This document shows positions 13,129 to 26,448 of a DNA stretch of 64,000 nucleotides, one piece after another. The stretch lies in NCBI GenBank assembly GCA_032718475.1, contig JAUCBJ010007331.1, positions 1 to 64,000 of the forward strand. Direction: 5' to 3'. The number at the start of each line of letters is the position of its first letter. The first letter of the stretch is position 1. The DNA comes from Nemertoderma westbladi. Its lineage: Eukaryota; Animalia; Xenacoelomorpha. A program made the translations under genes and the position numbers. The notes below the pieces were generated by a model. It did not search any database and had not been told where the DNA came from. It saw only the letters and a list, made by a program, of their open reading frames with translations.

Positions 13129-13682
13129 ATTTCAGTTTTATTTCAGTTTTATTTCGGTTTTATTTCCGTTTTATTTCCGTTTTATTTCAGTTTTATTTCC
13201 GTTTTATTTCCGTTTTATTTCCGTTTTATTTCCGTTTTATTTCCGTTTTATTTCCGTTTTATTTCCATTTTATTTCCGTTTTATTTCCGTTTTATTTCCG
13301 CTTTATTTTCGTTTGATTTCCGTTTTATTTCCGTTTTATTTCCGTTTTATTTCCGTTTTATTTTCGTTTGATTTCCGTTTTATTTCCGTTTAATTTCCGT
13401 TTTATTTCCGTTTTATTTCCGTTTTATTTCCGTTTTATTTCCGTTTTATTTCCGTTTTATTTCCGTTTTATTTCCGTTTTATTTCCGTTTTATTTCCGTT
13501 TTATTTCCGTTTTATTTCCGTTTTATTTCCGTTTAATTTCCGTTTTATTTCCGTTTTATTTCCGTTTTATTTCCGTTTTATTTCCGTTTTATTTCCGTTT
13601 TATTTCCGTTTTATTTCCGTTTTATTTCCGTTTTATTTCCGTTTTATTTCCGTTTTATTTCCGTTTTATTTCCGTTTTATTT
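13129..13682. repeat. 11-bp minisatellite (TTTCCGTTTTA)n, copy 2
   Basis: Direct reading, about 50 units. Confidence 0.95.
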
Positions 13683-14199
13683 TTCGCCATTTCTGGAGCT
13701 TGGTATATTTATCTTTGTTTATATTTTCTAGTTCTTGGGTTGCTTTATGTTCAGTTTTTAACATACTTTTAATTGGGGCATGTTTGTTCAGTATGCGTTC
13801 CTACATTTCTGTCAAAATAATCAAGTTTTAAGTTGATTTCATGATTTCAAAGCAAATTTCATTTTACAAACTTTGCGAGTTGAAAGTCCGAGGTTAATCA
13901 ATCGTAGTGTGACAGGAATTCAGATATTCAAAGAACAGGTCTACAGTAGTTCCTCCTCCCCTTGCCCCCAGACAGTCCATCCGTCGTCATAGAATCTGTA
14001 CCTTATTATGTTTTTATGTCGGTTTTAACACTGAAAGCTAAACAAAACAAAACAGTAATTATCATTAGAACATAACAATAATAGAGAAAGGGATAAAGCA
14101 AACAAAAAACAGTAAATAATACAGTTACTGTACTTAACCGATACATTTCGGATGCATATAGTGTCTGAAATTGCCTGAAGAAACTCTATTACATTTTCT

Positions 14200-15356
14200 G
14201 GATCTAGGACACTTCCCCCCCGGACACTTGCCCCCCGGACACTTCCCCCCCAGTTAAAGTGTTAAAATTAATCTGGGTGCATCAAAGCAATAAACAAAAG
14301 TTAAAGATGGTTACAGGACAAGTTGTATCTAGACAAGTTTTTTCAAAATTATAAAAGAAACGTTTTGTTTGTTTTTCTTTTAATTCCTTTAATTCTTTTA
14401 ATTTCTTTTAATTGGGGGCTGCCGCCCCCAAACCCCCGCTTCTTTTCTTGGGGGCTACCGCCCCCAAACCCCCGCTACTTTTCTTAGGGGGCTGCCGCCC
14501 CCAAACCCCCGCTTTTTTTCTTGGGGGTTATCGCCCCCAGACCCCGGCATTTCCCTGAGTGCCCGTGGTGAAAGACTTAAGACCACTTTGAAATAATTAA
14601 TTCATGTTTGTATCATCAGATAATAAATTGACTAAGCCTAAAGTAGGAGCTGTAGTGAATGTTAACCAATTTAATATATAAATTACTACAATATTATATA
14701 ATTCAACAAAATCCTATTAAAAATATTGCAAGTAACCAGGAAATTTAATATGTAGTGTGTATAATATCTATATAGTATGTATACAGTAGTAGTAATATGT
14801 ATATCAATATGTAATGCTGAACACAGAATACAGGTCGACGCATGTCGATTTTACCCTGGAGAGGTATAATTTTGATTGCAACAATAATATTCATCCCCAT
14901 CTGCTACAATTTGAAGAAGACTATTACATAATAATACCTATAATTAAAACAATTAATTATTATAATTCTATAGTTAATAAAAACAGTATATCATTCCGGG
15001 GATGGAATTTATAGGTCATCTAATATAATTAATTGTTTAAAGATTAGCAAACAATACGATGTAATTGCATTGATAAAACCCATAAATAAAACTTGGATAT
15101 AAAATGTAAAATCGGGATGCAAAAGATAACTTTCTGAGCTACGAAAGGAAAATTGGATACAACTTATCTGGATACAAGCGGTCCGTTTACTTTACAAAAT
15201 GAAAAATACGAATGTGCGAAGTTAAGAACAGTCGGGGGGGAAGTGTCCGGCGGGGAAGTGTCTGGGGGGGAAGTGTCCGGGGGGGAAGTGTACTTGAGCG
15301 GGGGGAACTGTCCGGGGGGGAAGTGTCCGGGGGGGGGGGGGGAGTGTCCGAACACC
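14200..15356. mobile_element. Non-autonomous Mutator-like (MULE/Phantom-type) DNA transposon, copy 1
   Basis: Imperfect TIRs GGATCTAGGACACTTCCCCCC ... GTGTCCGAACACC built from GGACACTTCCCCCCC subrepeats. Perfect 9-bp TSD ACATTTTCT (14191-14199 and 15357-15365). Confidence 0.88.
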
Positions 15357-15819
15357 ACATTTTCTCTTTCCGTGTGTATTATGCACGCATTACGTAATCT
15401 TTCCTGTAGCTCAGCATAAACTCTACAGCATAATCTCTTAGCAGGTAAGGACCCTCTCATATAATTGTGATCGTCCAGTTTCACTGATGGGATTGTCTTT
15501 GCGAATATTATCTATCGAAACCCAAATATCGGGGTATAAATAGAATAAACAGAATAAATATCACAGAAGTTGTTTGTACGACTCTCACTAAACAGGTGAG
15601 ATTTCGTTAATATTCCAGTGGTTAGTCGATCGACGTCAAAAAACAGCATTCCATACATACATACATGTAATACTAATATACACATATTGTACAGTAGACC
15701 TCATATTATTATTATTTTTTTGTTGCTTTTGTTCAGCGAAGACCATATACACTCTGTACTGAGTATGTGCCTATGTGGGGGGGTCGTGCAATTTCAATGC
15801 AATTTAAACATAGAATGAA

Positions 15820-16433
15820 CAGTGCCGGATTAAGCCTCTGGTGGCCGGCCCTAAGGCACATTTTTTATCAACAACTATTTTATCTACAACTAATTTATCC
15901 TCTTTTTTTATCAATTAGGGCCTATATTTATAAAACTCGTTTCCGGTAAAAAAAATTAATTTCGCACTACCATATCTCCACGCAATACATTTACTATGTA
16001 CAGTATTTCCAGTATGTCACCACGTCATTATTTGGTTGTTCTAGAAAGTTTAAGAGCCTTACTACAAATAATTTTCCACAAATAAATAAAATAAAATTCT
16101 CCATTCTGCCAAATTCATAATTAGCACTTTAAAGTTTTACTGCCCATGTTTTATTATTTCCCTGCCATCAGGTCTCGAACTAATAACACAGCACCTGTTG
16201 GTCGACTGAGCTAGAATTTTGCACTTTCTAATCACAAATTTAGGGATAGAAATTAGGTGAAAGATGCACTTTCTTGCTCTGTTTTCTACAAATTTTAGTG
16301 AGAAAAAATGTGGACTTTTCAGGTAAAATTATTTTTTTCACAGGAATGACACGCTGGCTGAGAAAAAATGGCCCGAATTTTCGGCTGGCCCTAAGGCACG
16401 TGCCTTATATGCCTTAAGGTTAATCCGGCACTG
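15820..16433. mobile_element. Non-autonomous hAT element (MITE)
   Basis: 14-bp TIR CAGTGCCGGATTAA/TTAATCCGGCACTG. Perfect 8-bp TSD AGAATGAA (15812-15819 and 16434-16441). Confidence 0.92.
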
Positions 16434-17191
16434 AGAATGAACGTAGACAGCAATAGCAGGCAATAGCCTGCTAAGCAAAGCATAGTGAATGGCGGGGATC
16501 AGAACTCTCTTTGTATGTGTAGCACTCGTAGTCTACCTATACTGTTCTATGTACTAATACAAAACATGTGGCCAGCCTAATAACTAACTCTATATACCTG
16601 GCTGGCTGGCGAGTCGTCCAACAACATATTGTGGTCAGCCTGATAACCACTACTCCTGCTATATTACCTGGCTGGATTTTCCCATCCAACATCAAACCCC
16701 TTATTACAGTATAAATAATATCTGTCTGTATAATACTTAATACTATAGGCCAAATAGACTTTAGCATTCCTGTAGTAATTATGTTTTAATATTTAAGACA
16801 CATAGTCTGATGTACACTGTACAGTACATCGGTACTTTAAATATTCTGTAAGGTGGTAAATACGTCGCTAATATCCTTATCGTTTTACGATTTTATATTA
16901 CTGTAATCGGCGTTATTAATTAAGATATTATATTATGTATTTAGGCGAACTACTCCAATGAAAAATATTTAAGAACTACTAACTATTACGTAATTGTGTG
17001 AAAATTAATACTTTTCAGCGTTATAATGACCCGAATGCATTATTACTGGGCGAGGTAGGTTTACATAAATTAACCTACTATAGATACGACCTGCGACCCG
17101 CCAAGTTGCTGCAAACCTCCCAAATGTATTGGGTCGGTTATTTCTCTTAGTAAACTTGGCCCCAAATAAAATTATGCCCTCTTTCACATGA

Positions 17192-19473
17192 TGCAAATAA
17201 AAATTAAAGAGCTTCAGTAGTTTTCGAGATATCAGGAGTTCCATGCACCCATACTGCTTACCATATTTCGGAATTTATAAAATTATTCAAAATACATCCC
17301 CTTCACAATGACTTTGGTATAACCATTAAATCATACTACAGTACTATGCTTTTTTGGTTTGTTGAATTCATTCATTATTAGTAATCGAAAGCGTGATTAG
17401 AAACAAAATTTTCATATTTTATTTTTAATAGACGCTAAAAGGGCACGAAAAGTACAAGTAGCTTGAAATTTACAAAAAATTACAAGTTATAGTTTGGCTA
17501 CTGAGGTTTTAGAATGTGTGCTGATGATTTACATTGGCAAGGTTTATTGCTCTATAAGAGTTGTGTAATATAACAAACAACATACAGTAGTATCTCACTC
17601 CGGCAAAATTAAACATATGAATTAAACAAACGTTAACAGTAAAGTAATAGAATGCCTAACCTATCAGTAGGCCTATTATATAAGGTAATTGAATGTACCG
17701 ACATACTGACTAATGGGGGCTTGGTATATAAATAAAATAAATTGGTAAAACACTAGTCTTACACCTGTACACCACCCAAACTAACAAAAAACAGGATCAG
17801 GACATTAAGCTGTTAAGCCCAAAATAGTACTCAGCCCTAAGGCCATCAAAAAACGACACAAACAATACAAACAAAAACGACATAAACAAAAAACAAATAT
17901 ATTGAACCATGCACAACATACAGGTATGTATCGCACCCTAACCCTAACCTAACCGCCATACACTAAATGATACCGGTAGTATACTGCACAAAAGCTAGAA
18001 AAATATATGACATTTTGTCGCCGTAAAGGGGTAGAACACCGAAACGCAACCATATTTTTGATAAAATTAATTATTTTTGCCCGAGCTGCCGAGTTCTACC
18101 CCTTTAGCCTTTACGGCGACAAAATGTCATATATTTTTCTATAGAATAGGCCTACTGTATAGGCTTAGCTTTTGTGTAGTAGTTTGTGCAGTTGCTTTTG
18201 TTAATTAAGTTTTAATTTTATTTATTTATTTTATTCGCTTTAAATGTCATGTTTTTATAGTTTAATTTTAAAGTGTGAACTAATAATGTAATTTTAATCG
18301 AGTTCAGGATATTAAATGCTTGTTTACTAATAAGTTATGTTAACTAATACATTTTTTGTTTATAACCGCGCCATTTACATGAATTATGGTTTATTAGGAA
18401 ACCATTTAAAATATTATACATTATAAAGGCACAACATAGTTAGCAGTTAGCAGAGCCAGCAAGAAAACACCCTTTTAGACACACAGCCCACCCACCACAT
18501 ACATATCACAGTACTTCTTCCCATTGAATGATTGACATTTCATAACGGTAGTTGGCTAGCTTTGATGAGCGCCGCTGTCCCATAGGGCTAATGTAAAAAT
18601 ACTATCTCTTGGAAGACGAGTTTCTGAGTAAAATACACTTGGAACCAAATGTACCAATGTGGGTCCAGGGGAATGGATAATTCAACTACTGTACTACCGG
18701 TATCATTTAGTTTATGATGGCGGTTAGGGTGCGATACATACCTGTATGTTGCGCATGTTTCAATATATTTGTTTTTTGTTTAGGTCTATGTCGTTTTTGT
18801 TTGTATTGTTTGTGTCGATTTTTGATGGCCTTGGTGCTGCTGAGTACTATTTTGGGGTTAATTTTTCTGATCCTTTGTTTTTTGTTAGTTTGGGTGGTGT
18901 AAGTAAGACTAGTGTTTAACCCATTTATTTTAACCTATCAGTGGCCCAGTGGCGAGTGCAGTGCACATACCCCAAACGGAATAATGATAAACTATTACTG
19001 CAGTACTGGACCAGTACTGAAGTAGAAGTGTGAAGTGCAATGTAGCACTGGCTGATTTTCGACTGACACATTGACCATTTTCGAAAATACCACAATTTTA
19101 TAAACTTTGCCAATTAAATCAGCACATTCTAAAACCTCAGTTGCCAAACTATAAGGCCAAATTACCACTTTTGGCTGTTTGAAAATTTCAAGCTACTTGC
19201 ACTGCACTTTTGGTGATCTTTTGGCAGTTTGGGGTCTATTAAAAAATAAAAAATGAAAATGCTGTTTCTATTCTCGCTTTCGATTACTAATAATGAATTC
19301 AATAAACCAAAAAAGCATAGTATGGGTTATACCAAAGTCTTTGAAGGATGATGACGTATTTTGAGTAATTTTATAAATTCCGAAATCTGCTGATATCTGG
19401 ATATGGTACCGGTATGGGTGCCAGGAACTCCTCATATCTAGAAAACTACTAGAGCTATAAAAATTTTATTTGC
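17192..19473. mobile_element. Foldback-type element or long diverged inverted repeat
   Basis: About 17192-17980 is the reverse complement of about 18693-19473 with indels and one unalignable patch. Extra inner inverted repeat at 17986-18037 and 18092-18177. No TSD identified. Confidence 0.75.
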
Positions 19474-20724
19474 CACCATTACTGCATTATTTATTTTTTG
19501 GGGGGAAGGGGCGCTAAAATCGTGCCGCCCCCTGCCACAAACATCAGCTATGCCTCCGTTCAGGCCGCAACCCAGTGTTCGCGCTTTTAGACCTTTAGCA
19601 GTTTAACCTGCCAATTTTAAATGTCCTTTTGATTATGAATCGACTTTAGCCCTTACCAATTACCCGTGCGCGGCGTATGACCCACGGTGAGGGAGACTGG
19701 ATTCGGGTTCCCTAGGAAGTTATTGCGGTGTAGGCTACTTTGTATTATTCGATTGATCGCTACTATATAATCTCTGACAACTATATTTACTTTCGGGGAA
19801 ATATTAACAGTTCCTTTAGGACGTGGCGCTTTAAGTATAAAAACAGAGTTATGACTTATAGTAATCACAACTAGATGGCCACTGAGTTTCGTAAATAGCG
19901 CATTCTTTAGGAGATGCTTTATTAACCTTCATACGACTTCACACTACTTCACACTAATTTACACTAATTCACACTAATTTGCCGACCGTCACTGATTTTG
20001 ATCATATATAAGGAGGATTGCAACTGACACACGTAGGGATTATGAAATAGCATTTAATTCACACAAAACCACTATAATTTGAGTCACAGTTGCTACCGGT
20101 AAATCCTTCCCCCGCTTACCTCAATAATCAAGAAGATTGAGGGGTTTACGATTATTTATCGGTATTCTCCAAATATAATATCCATTAATATAAACAGCAA
20201 TTAACACAATATAAAACAGCATTAAAACAGTGCGGTATGTGTTCAGTCATATGAAATGCGATATGAAATGAGTGTGTCCAGGTATGACAAGTTAATAGAT
20301 TTACGTTCTTATAACTAAGGCCATCAGATGTTCTTGGGCCAAAGTCTGAAACGACCGCACTTAGTACAGAATTCTGAGAGGAATCTAATTCTCAGAAAAA
20401 CGATAACTCAATGCCCATGCGCTGTTTCCTCAGGTAGATCTCTACTGGCATAACTGGGAAGATTGCTCTGATTGGCTGAATAAGCTCGAACAAAGAGATC
20501 TCCACGTACACAAAGAATCAGCTGACAGATTTCGTCATCTTGGTTCTAATTTCTGTCCGACGCGTAGTTGAACAATTTTTGGGCTATTTTAGAGTATTCT
20601 GCGCATTGCGTAAAAATGACTTGTTATGTCCACAAAAGCTTTTACACCGCTCCCAGAAAATGGGATTTAAGTCTATAAAATATAAAAAATCACAGTTTCT
20701 CAAATACAAAACTACTCTAAACTA

Positions 20725-21252
20725 TCAGTCCTTCTTTCGTGAACGGCGTTTACGAAGTTTTTTGAGACTAGTAAGAGTCTTTTTCTCTTTGGGGCGAGCC
20801 ACTTTACTAGGAGGGCTATAACTCCTGGGGGAAGGGTGCAATACGATTGCATCAGAAGGTTTTGGATTACGGTCGGTGTATCCGCCGGTCGAGGTACCTG
20901 GTTGATCGATATCAACATCAGTGGAACGACCAACCTTTAGAGCTTGTTTCAGGACGGCAGCTCTTACCGGTCCTTGATGGGTCGTTTGCACGACAACGGT
21001 AGGTTGACCGTGTGTAGTGAGAAATTTCCGCGGTTTGATTGTTCTCTCTAATTCGCGTTCTCTGGCTTTATATTCATATGGTCGTCTATGAACTTCTTGT
21101 AACTCAGGATGCGAGTTTATGAACAAGTCGCCGTATTCCGGATCTTGGCGGATGCAGTTGATCAAGTTATAGGAATTCAGGTTATTAGGATTAATATTCC
21201 TAAGATACTTGCGAACATATTTGGTTGAAATGTTCTCGCCAACACGTTTCAT
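20725..21252 (-). CDS. Hypothetical 175-aa ORF with basic C-terminus
   Basis: Long non-repetitive ORF in AT-rich DNA ending SLKKLRKRRSRKKD (NLS-like). The frame stays open about 50 codons upstream of the ATG. No family recognised. Confidence 0.35.
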   Translation of the reverse strand: MKRVGENISTKYVRKYLRNINPNNLNSYNLINCIRQDPEYGDLFINSHPELQEVHRRPYEYKARERELERTIKPRKFLTTHGQPTVVVQTTHQGPVRAAVLKQALKVGRSTDVDIDQPGTSTGGYTDRNPKPSDAIVLHPSPRSYSPPSKVARPKEKKTLTSLKKLRKRRSRKKD

Positions 21253-22328
21253 CAGTTCGTAACTGGGGGTGTGAGATTTTTGTTCGACGGAGACAAAGAG
21301 GTATGGGTGAAACGCATAAACTCCTTCATATGCACGTCCTGGATAGTATCGGTGACGTGAGTCGCAATGGAGATCCGCGTTTATTATATTTTATAATATT
21401 GTTAACTAGGGCTCTCTTACATGTTATATAACGTGTGTGGTTTTGTTTAATGTTGTTATGCATTATCAGGGTGAGATAGTAGGTTGGTTAATTGGTTCTC
21501 AACGTTATACAGTAACTACAGAGGAAACTTTCAGTTTCGTGATACATAATCTTTTGTACCAACAGTACATATTTATCTAGTACCTACCTTCTGCCGTTCC
21601 AGTATGGCACCTCTGATGTGGTGCCAGCCTTTCTCATGTTATAAAAAAAACTTACATGTGATTAGATACAAAATTGTAAAAGCCTTAGGGTTTCAAACGC
21701 AACAAAGTTATTATCATTGTTAGCTAGTATAAACTAATATTAAATAACGAAAAATAAAATTTTGTGATCAGTCATATCGAATAGCTTCTCAGGTACATTA
21801 TACTTCAACTGGGATTGACAAAATCGAACAGTTGTCCGAATACTGTATGGGAGGGATATGCTAAATAAAGTGCGATTTATTTTTTGTTTTTAGGGACCTT
21901 TCATCTGGAATGACATTCATAATCATGCAGCTCACCCCCGCCGAAGCCGCGAGATTCTATATAAATGGCATCGGCATGGGGTCTTTCGTCGCACTTCTTG
22001 AGCCGGGATTCCGTGGTGGGGAGTCGACCCGTCTCCCCGTCATTAGCTCCAGACTCCCCCCCGTTCACCGACCACGGCCAGCTGCCTTCCCGCAGCATGT
22101 TATCACTTTTGAGGCCCCGGATTTGCAAGGCTTTTACCTTCACATTGCAAATCTTGAACTTACGGGGGTTGGTTGTATAATTTATTACTTAAACTTACAA
22201 TTTTACTTATTTTTAATTATGTAATGCAGCATGAGTGAAGGAGAAAAAGAGAGTTTTTTAAAGTTTCTGAAAGGGGAGGGGGGGGGGGGTTGTTGACAAA
22301 AATGGAATGTATTACAGTACCTGCCATA

Positions 22329-22462
22329 ACATATATATAGATCAACTTGAAAGGGATACTGAACTTGGGAGAAACGAAATTGCGACAACTATGGAGAATC
22401 GGGAAGCCTGGAAGGATCTAATTTCCACTGTCCGAGTTCGCTCGACCTAGTAGTAGTAGTAG
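22329..22462 (+). mobile_element. 5'-truncated RTE LINE 3' end with (TAG)n tail
   Basis: YIDQLERDTELGRNEIATTMENREAWKDLISTVRVRST* followed directly by TAGTAGTAGTAG. Confidence 0.8.
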
Positions 22463-23755
22463 TACAGTATGTACACGAGCTACACTCATTTATGAATATT
22501 CCCATGTCAATGACACTTATTATACATTTTATATTCTAGACAACAATGAAGAGAGTATGTGGAGGGGCTGTTTGCCATTGCCATGGGTTAAAAGGGACCA
22601 GCGGCCAATGCCCCTGTTTCCGTCAACCAGGCCCGGCCGTCTGGGCCATTGACGGCGACGTTCACCTGCCGCACGTCTACGATGGAGAAGGGCGACGTGT
22701 ACTGCCACATGTGTTTTCATCGTGATAGTTTACGTCGCTCTTCTTCACAGGAGAGCAGCTAAGAGTAAGTTTTTTAATTAATAGTATAAATAATTTAATA
22801 ATTAATACTAAGTTAATAGATAATAATATAATTTTAATTCACTATCCCTATGAGACTACAATTAGGTTCCCATCATTAGCAAAATTATTTTTGGTTTTTA
22901 ACAGGTTTTTTTGGATTTAAATAACATAATTTGTTAAAAGTTACATTTATTCGAGCTTTTTACTTCAGTTTTATTACCACGTTTAATTGCAGCATGGGTC
23001 ATAATATGGGCCACAGGTTTTCAAAGAGTGTGATTATTACAAATAAATATTTATAGGTTTAAGGTAAGGTAAGGTTATTTAAGGTAATGCGATTTAATAA
23101 ACACGGTACAGCGGTATGTCTACATCTTTTCAATTAGTTCAATCAAGTCTAGAAATTAGTTTCTTTATTAATCAACGCCATCTCTACTCTCTCACGTGGT
23201 TTGATAACATCTTCTTAATTGTTCCACCGTATGTTACCATTAGCAGTACCAGATGCTTTGCCTCCCTCCATAAGACAGTTCTATCCGTTGTGTGTTTGCA
23301 CCGGTTAATTTATAATTAAAGCTTTTTAATTAAAAATAGCATCGAAAATATGTAGTTTCGTAATTTATTAAATTGTCTTCTAGAATAGGAAATATTATGT
23401 TCTAGAATATTTTTATATTGTAATAATGTTTGAAGATGATGTTCTATTCTATAACATTAATAAACATCAGAAACGTGGAAAAATAGCATAATTATAATGA
23501 ACATGGGGGGGGGGGGGGGGAATTTAGTAAAGTTGGTCGAAACTTAACGTTTGACATTTTAAGCCGAATAATTATTTTGCTTGAAATTTATGGCAATGGC
23601 GACCAAAACCGATTACATATCTACTCGTTAGGTGGAGCTCCTCCAATCGGGGATAGTGAACCGGAAGGTCCTGGAACTGATCCCGAACCAACAGAAGAGC
23701 CAACAACTGCACGAGGATTACTTGGAAAAAGGTGAGCACTATAGCAACTATATTA

Positions 23756-24698
23756 CCCCGTGTTCCAGAATATAGTGTCGTAATTCAGTGATACCCACAA
23801 ATGTTCTACAAATCTTAATGAGATTGCATGAAATCTGAAATATAAGTATTTTCACCTCCTGACCACTGACTGGATGAGCCAGAAATTTTAATTTTGCTTT
23901 CAATCTTTAGCTACAAGGATTTAAAATAAGTGACTCCGGCAACATAGCACCAGTCCCGCGCAGTATTTCTTCTACCGTATAGCTGTTTGTTGGTACCAAT
24001 GGAAAGCTGGCCATGCAAGGATTCCAAATATGTAACACAATTTGAATTTTGTTGAAAAATAGCTGAGATATGAGCGTTCAAATGTTGCATGGTTTTGCAA
24101 TGACGCGAGGCTATTTTATTCTATTAATAAATATACCATTATTCTGGAACATTTTTTAAATGTATGAATAGCTACGTAATAGTATGATTAAAGATGTAAT
24201 GCATTGTTGCCCAGCTACGTATTTGGATAAACAAAATATTCCAGATTATGATGCATTTATTAAATAGAATAAAATAGCCTCGCGCAGGTGCATAACCATG
24301 CAACATTTGAACGCTCATATCTCAGCTATTTTTCAACGAAATTGAAATTGCGTTACATATTTGACATATTTTTTTTATTTTTTTGTTATTTTTTTTTTTA
24401 TTTGACATATTGACATATTTGACGTTACATACTTTCCATTGGTACCAACAAACAGCTATAAGGTAGAAGAATAACTGCGGCGTAACTGGTGTAATATCGC
24501 TGGAGACACTTTTTTTAAACGCTTGTAGCTAAAGATTGAAAGCAAAAATAAAAATTCTGGCTCACCCAGTTAGTGGTCGGGAGGTGAAACTATCTCTGTT
24601 TCAAATTTCATGCAATCTCATTACGATTTGTAAAAAAATTAGGGGGGGGGGGGGGGGGGGTGTCACTGAATTACGACATTATATTCTGGGACATGGTG
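23756..24698. mobile_element. Palindromic non-autonomous Tc1/mariner-type element
   Basis: Arms of about 430 bp are inverted copies (CCCCGTGTTCCAGAATATA ... TATATTCTGGGACATGGTG), flanked by TA on both sides (23754-23755, 24699-24700). Confidence 0.85.
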
Positions 24699-25118
24699 TA
24701 ATGCTTTAGTTCTAGTTCTGGTAATCTTCACGTGGGGGTAAAGCATTTATGATTACTTCAGTATTTCTTTTTTACAAATATCATTTTTTACTTATTTTAT
24801 ATGAAGTAGAAGAGAACTCATTCATAAATTAATTATCAATCGAATAGTTACGTTTTACGTTTAATATTAGTTTTAGGTTAGAGTAGTGTTTGTTATAGTG
24901 TTGTTAACACTACAGTATAGTGTTTGTGTAATATTGTAACCAAGTAAGAACCCCTTGGAAATAAACTGAAGGCATTAATTGGCGACGGTTCTTGTTTAAA
25001 TAAATTTAATTTAATAGGTAACAATTAAAGGCTCCAACTAACTGTGATTAGTTATTTTCAATTATATTGGTTAATTAGATTGTCAGATTTCTATGGAAGA
25101 CACTCTTGATTATTAAAC

Positions 25119-26048
25119 ATGTACTCTAATACTTTGAGTGACGCTGCTTGGGATTTACTGGATCGTTTCATGGCAGATGAAAGTGATTCTCAGTCCGGTG
25201 ATGAAGAACAAGAGAACTGCGTCGCTCCACCAACTGTTAATAAAGAAATCGACACCAGCGGTATAAATGTTATCAGTTTTAAATCAGAAGCGGAATATAT
25301 TGGTGGTACTTCTGAAGATACATCTCGAAAGATCAAACAAGAGTTCTGTACAGATGAACAATATGTTTATAATCAAATCAGCAACACAAACAGCGGAATA
25401 AACGTTATTAGTTTTAAATCAGAAGCGGGACCTATATGTGGTACTTCCGAAGATAAATCTCGAATTGTAAAACAGGAGTTGTTTATTGAGGAACCATCGG
25501 GTGGAGATGAATATATTTCAGATAATCAAAGGAAACAATCATATAATTGCGTTTATTGTGATAAACAATTCTGTCACAAAAAGAGTCTAAATATACACAT
25601 AGAATCAGTTCATAAAGGAATCAAATATAATTGCGATTCTTGTGACAAACAATTTAGTGATAAAGGGTATCAAAAGAGACATATTCAATCAGTTCATAAA
25701 GGAATCAAATATAATTGCGTATCTTGTGACAAACAATTTACTAACAAACTGAATCTAAAGAGACACATGTAATCAGTTCATAAAGGAATCAAATACAGTA
25801 TAATTGCGTTTCTTGTGATAATTTGCTGCGAAAAGTAATCTAAAACACACATGGAATCAGTTCATTAAGGAATCAAATATAATTGCATTTCTTGTGACAA
25901 ACAATTTAAAAATAAATTGAATCTAAAGAGGCACATTCAATCAATCCATAAAGGTGTCAAGTATAATTGCGTGCTTTGTAATAATGTTTACTCCTTAAAA
26001 GGGACTCTACGGAGACATATCAACTCTGTTCATAAAGAAACCAATTAA
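25119..26048 (+). pseudogene. C2H2 zinc-finger gene, six fingers, disabled after finger 3
   Basis: Acidic N-terminus with internal repeat SGINVISFKSEA, then CxxC...HxxxxH fingers with KGIKYN linkers. TAA at 25770 precedes the last His of finger 3. Finger 4 has indels and a further TAA; fingers 5-6 remain readable to the stop at 26048. Confidence 0.85.
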
Positions 26049-26140
26049 ACTGGCTGATGGCTGAAACGTTGACTTCCCATATCCATCGCAATTTATGAAC
26101 ATGAACTCCTACACTGCAGTCTGTCTTTTCGTCTCCTTGA

Positions 26141-26448
26141 GCCCCCTGTTCACATCCAACGGTGCATGAGTGTTAAAGTAGTCCGGCGGTATTGAAGTGG
26201 TAAGCCAGCGGTACACTACCCGGAGCCCGTTCCCACCCAACGGTACCGTTGCGGTAACTGATTGCCTATCTGTCGACTGTGAATTCAACAGGAAATTACA
26301 GTAATTCTTTTAACATTGTTTAAATGGGCTGCGGTAAACCGCGCGGTTTAGCGCACAACTACCTGGTGGGTCGTTCACAGTCAGCGGTGTACGGCTGGCC
26401 CTGGGGTACACCGCGCGGTGTACCGTTCCAATTGATGTGAACGGGCCT
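26141..26448. mobile_element. Probable PIF/Harbinger-like MITE
   Basis: Imperfect TIR GCCCCCTGTTCACATC ... GATGTGAACGGGCC around a GC-rich interior; TSD not clear. Confidence 0.45.

Larger units (their letters stand above)
11071..14229. repeat. Tandem segmental duplication, copy 2 (~3.16 kb)
   Basis: Colinear with 8012-11056. Has an extra local ~41-bp duplication at 11541-11611 and a longer minisatellite. Confidence 0.95.

Noticed and set aside
13095-13772. Phe-rich hydrophobic ORFs (also 27359-27829, 48367-48787, 54729-59787)
   Set aside because: Translations of minisatellites and satellites.
26050-26140. Penelope-like hammerhead (GGCTGATGGCTGAAACGTTG)
   Set aside because: CUGANGA core and stem II are incomplete.
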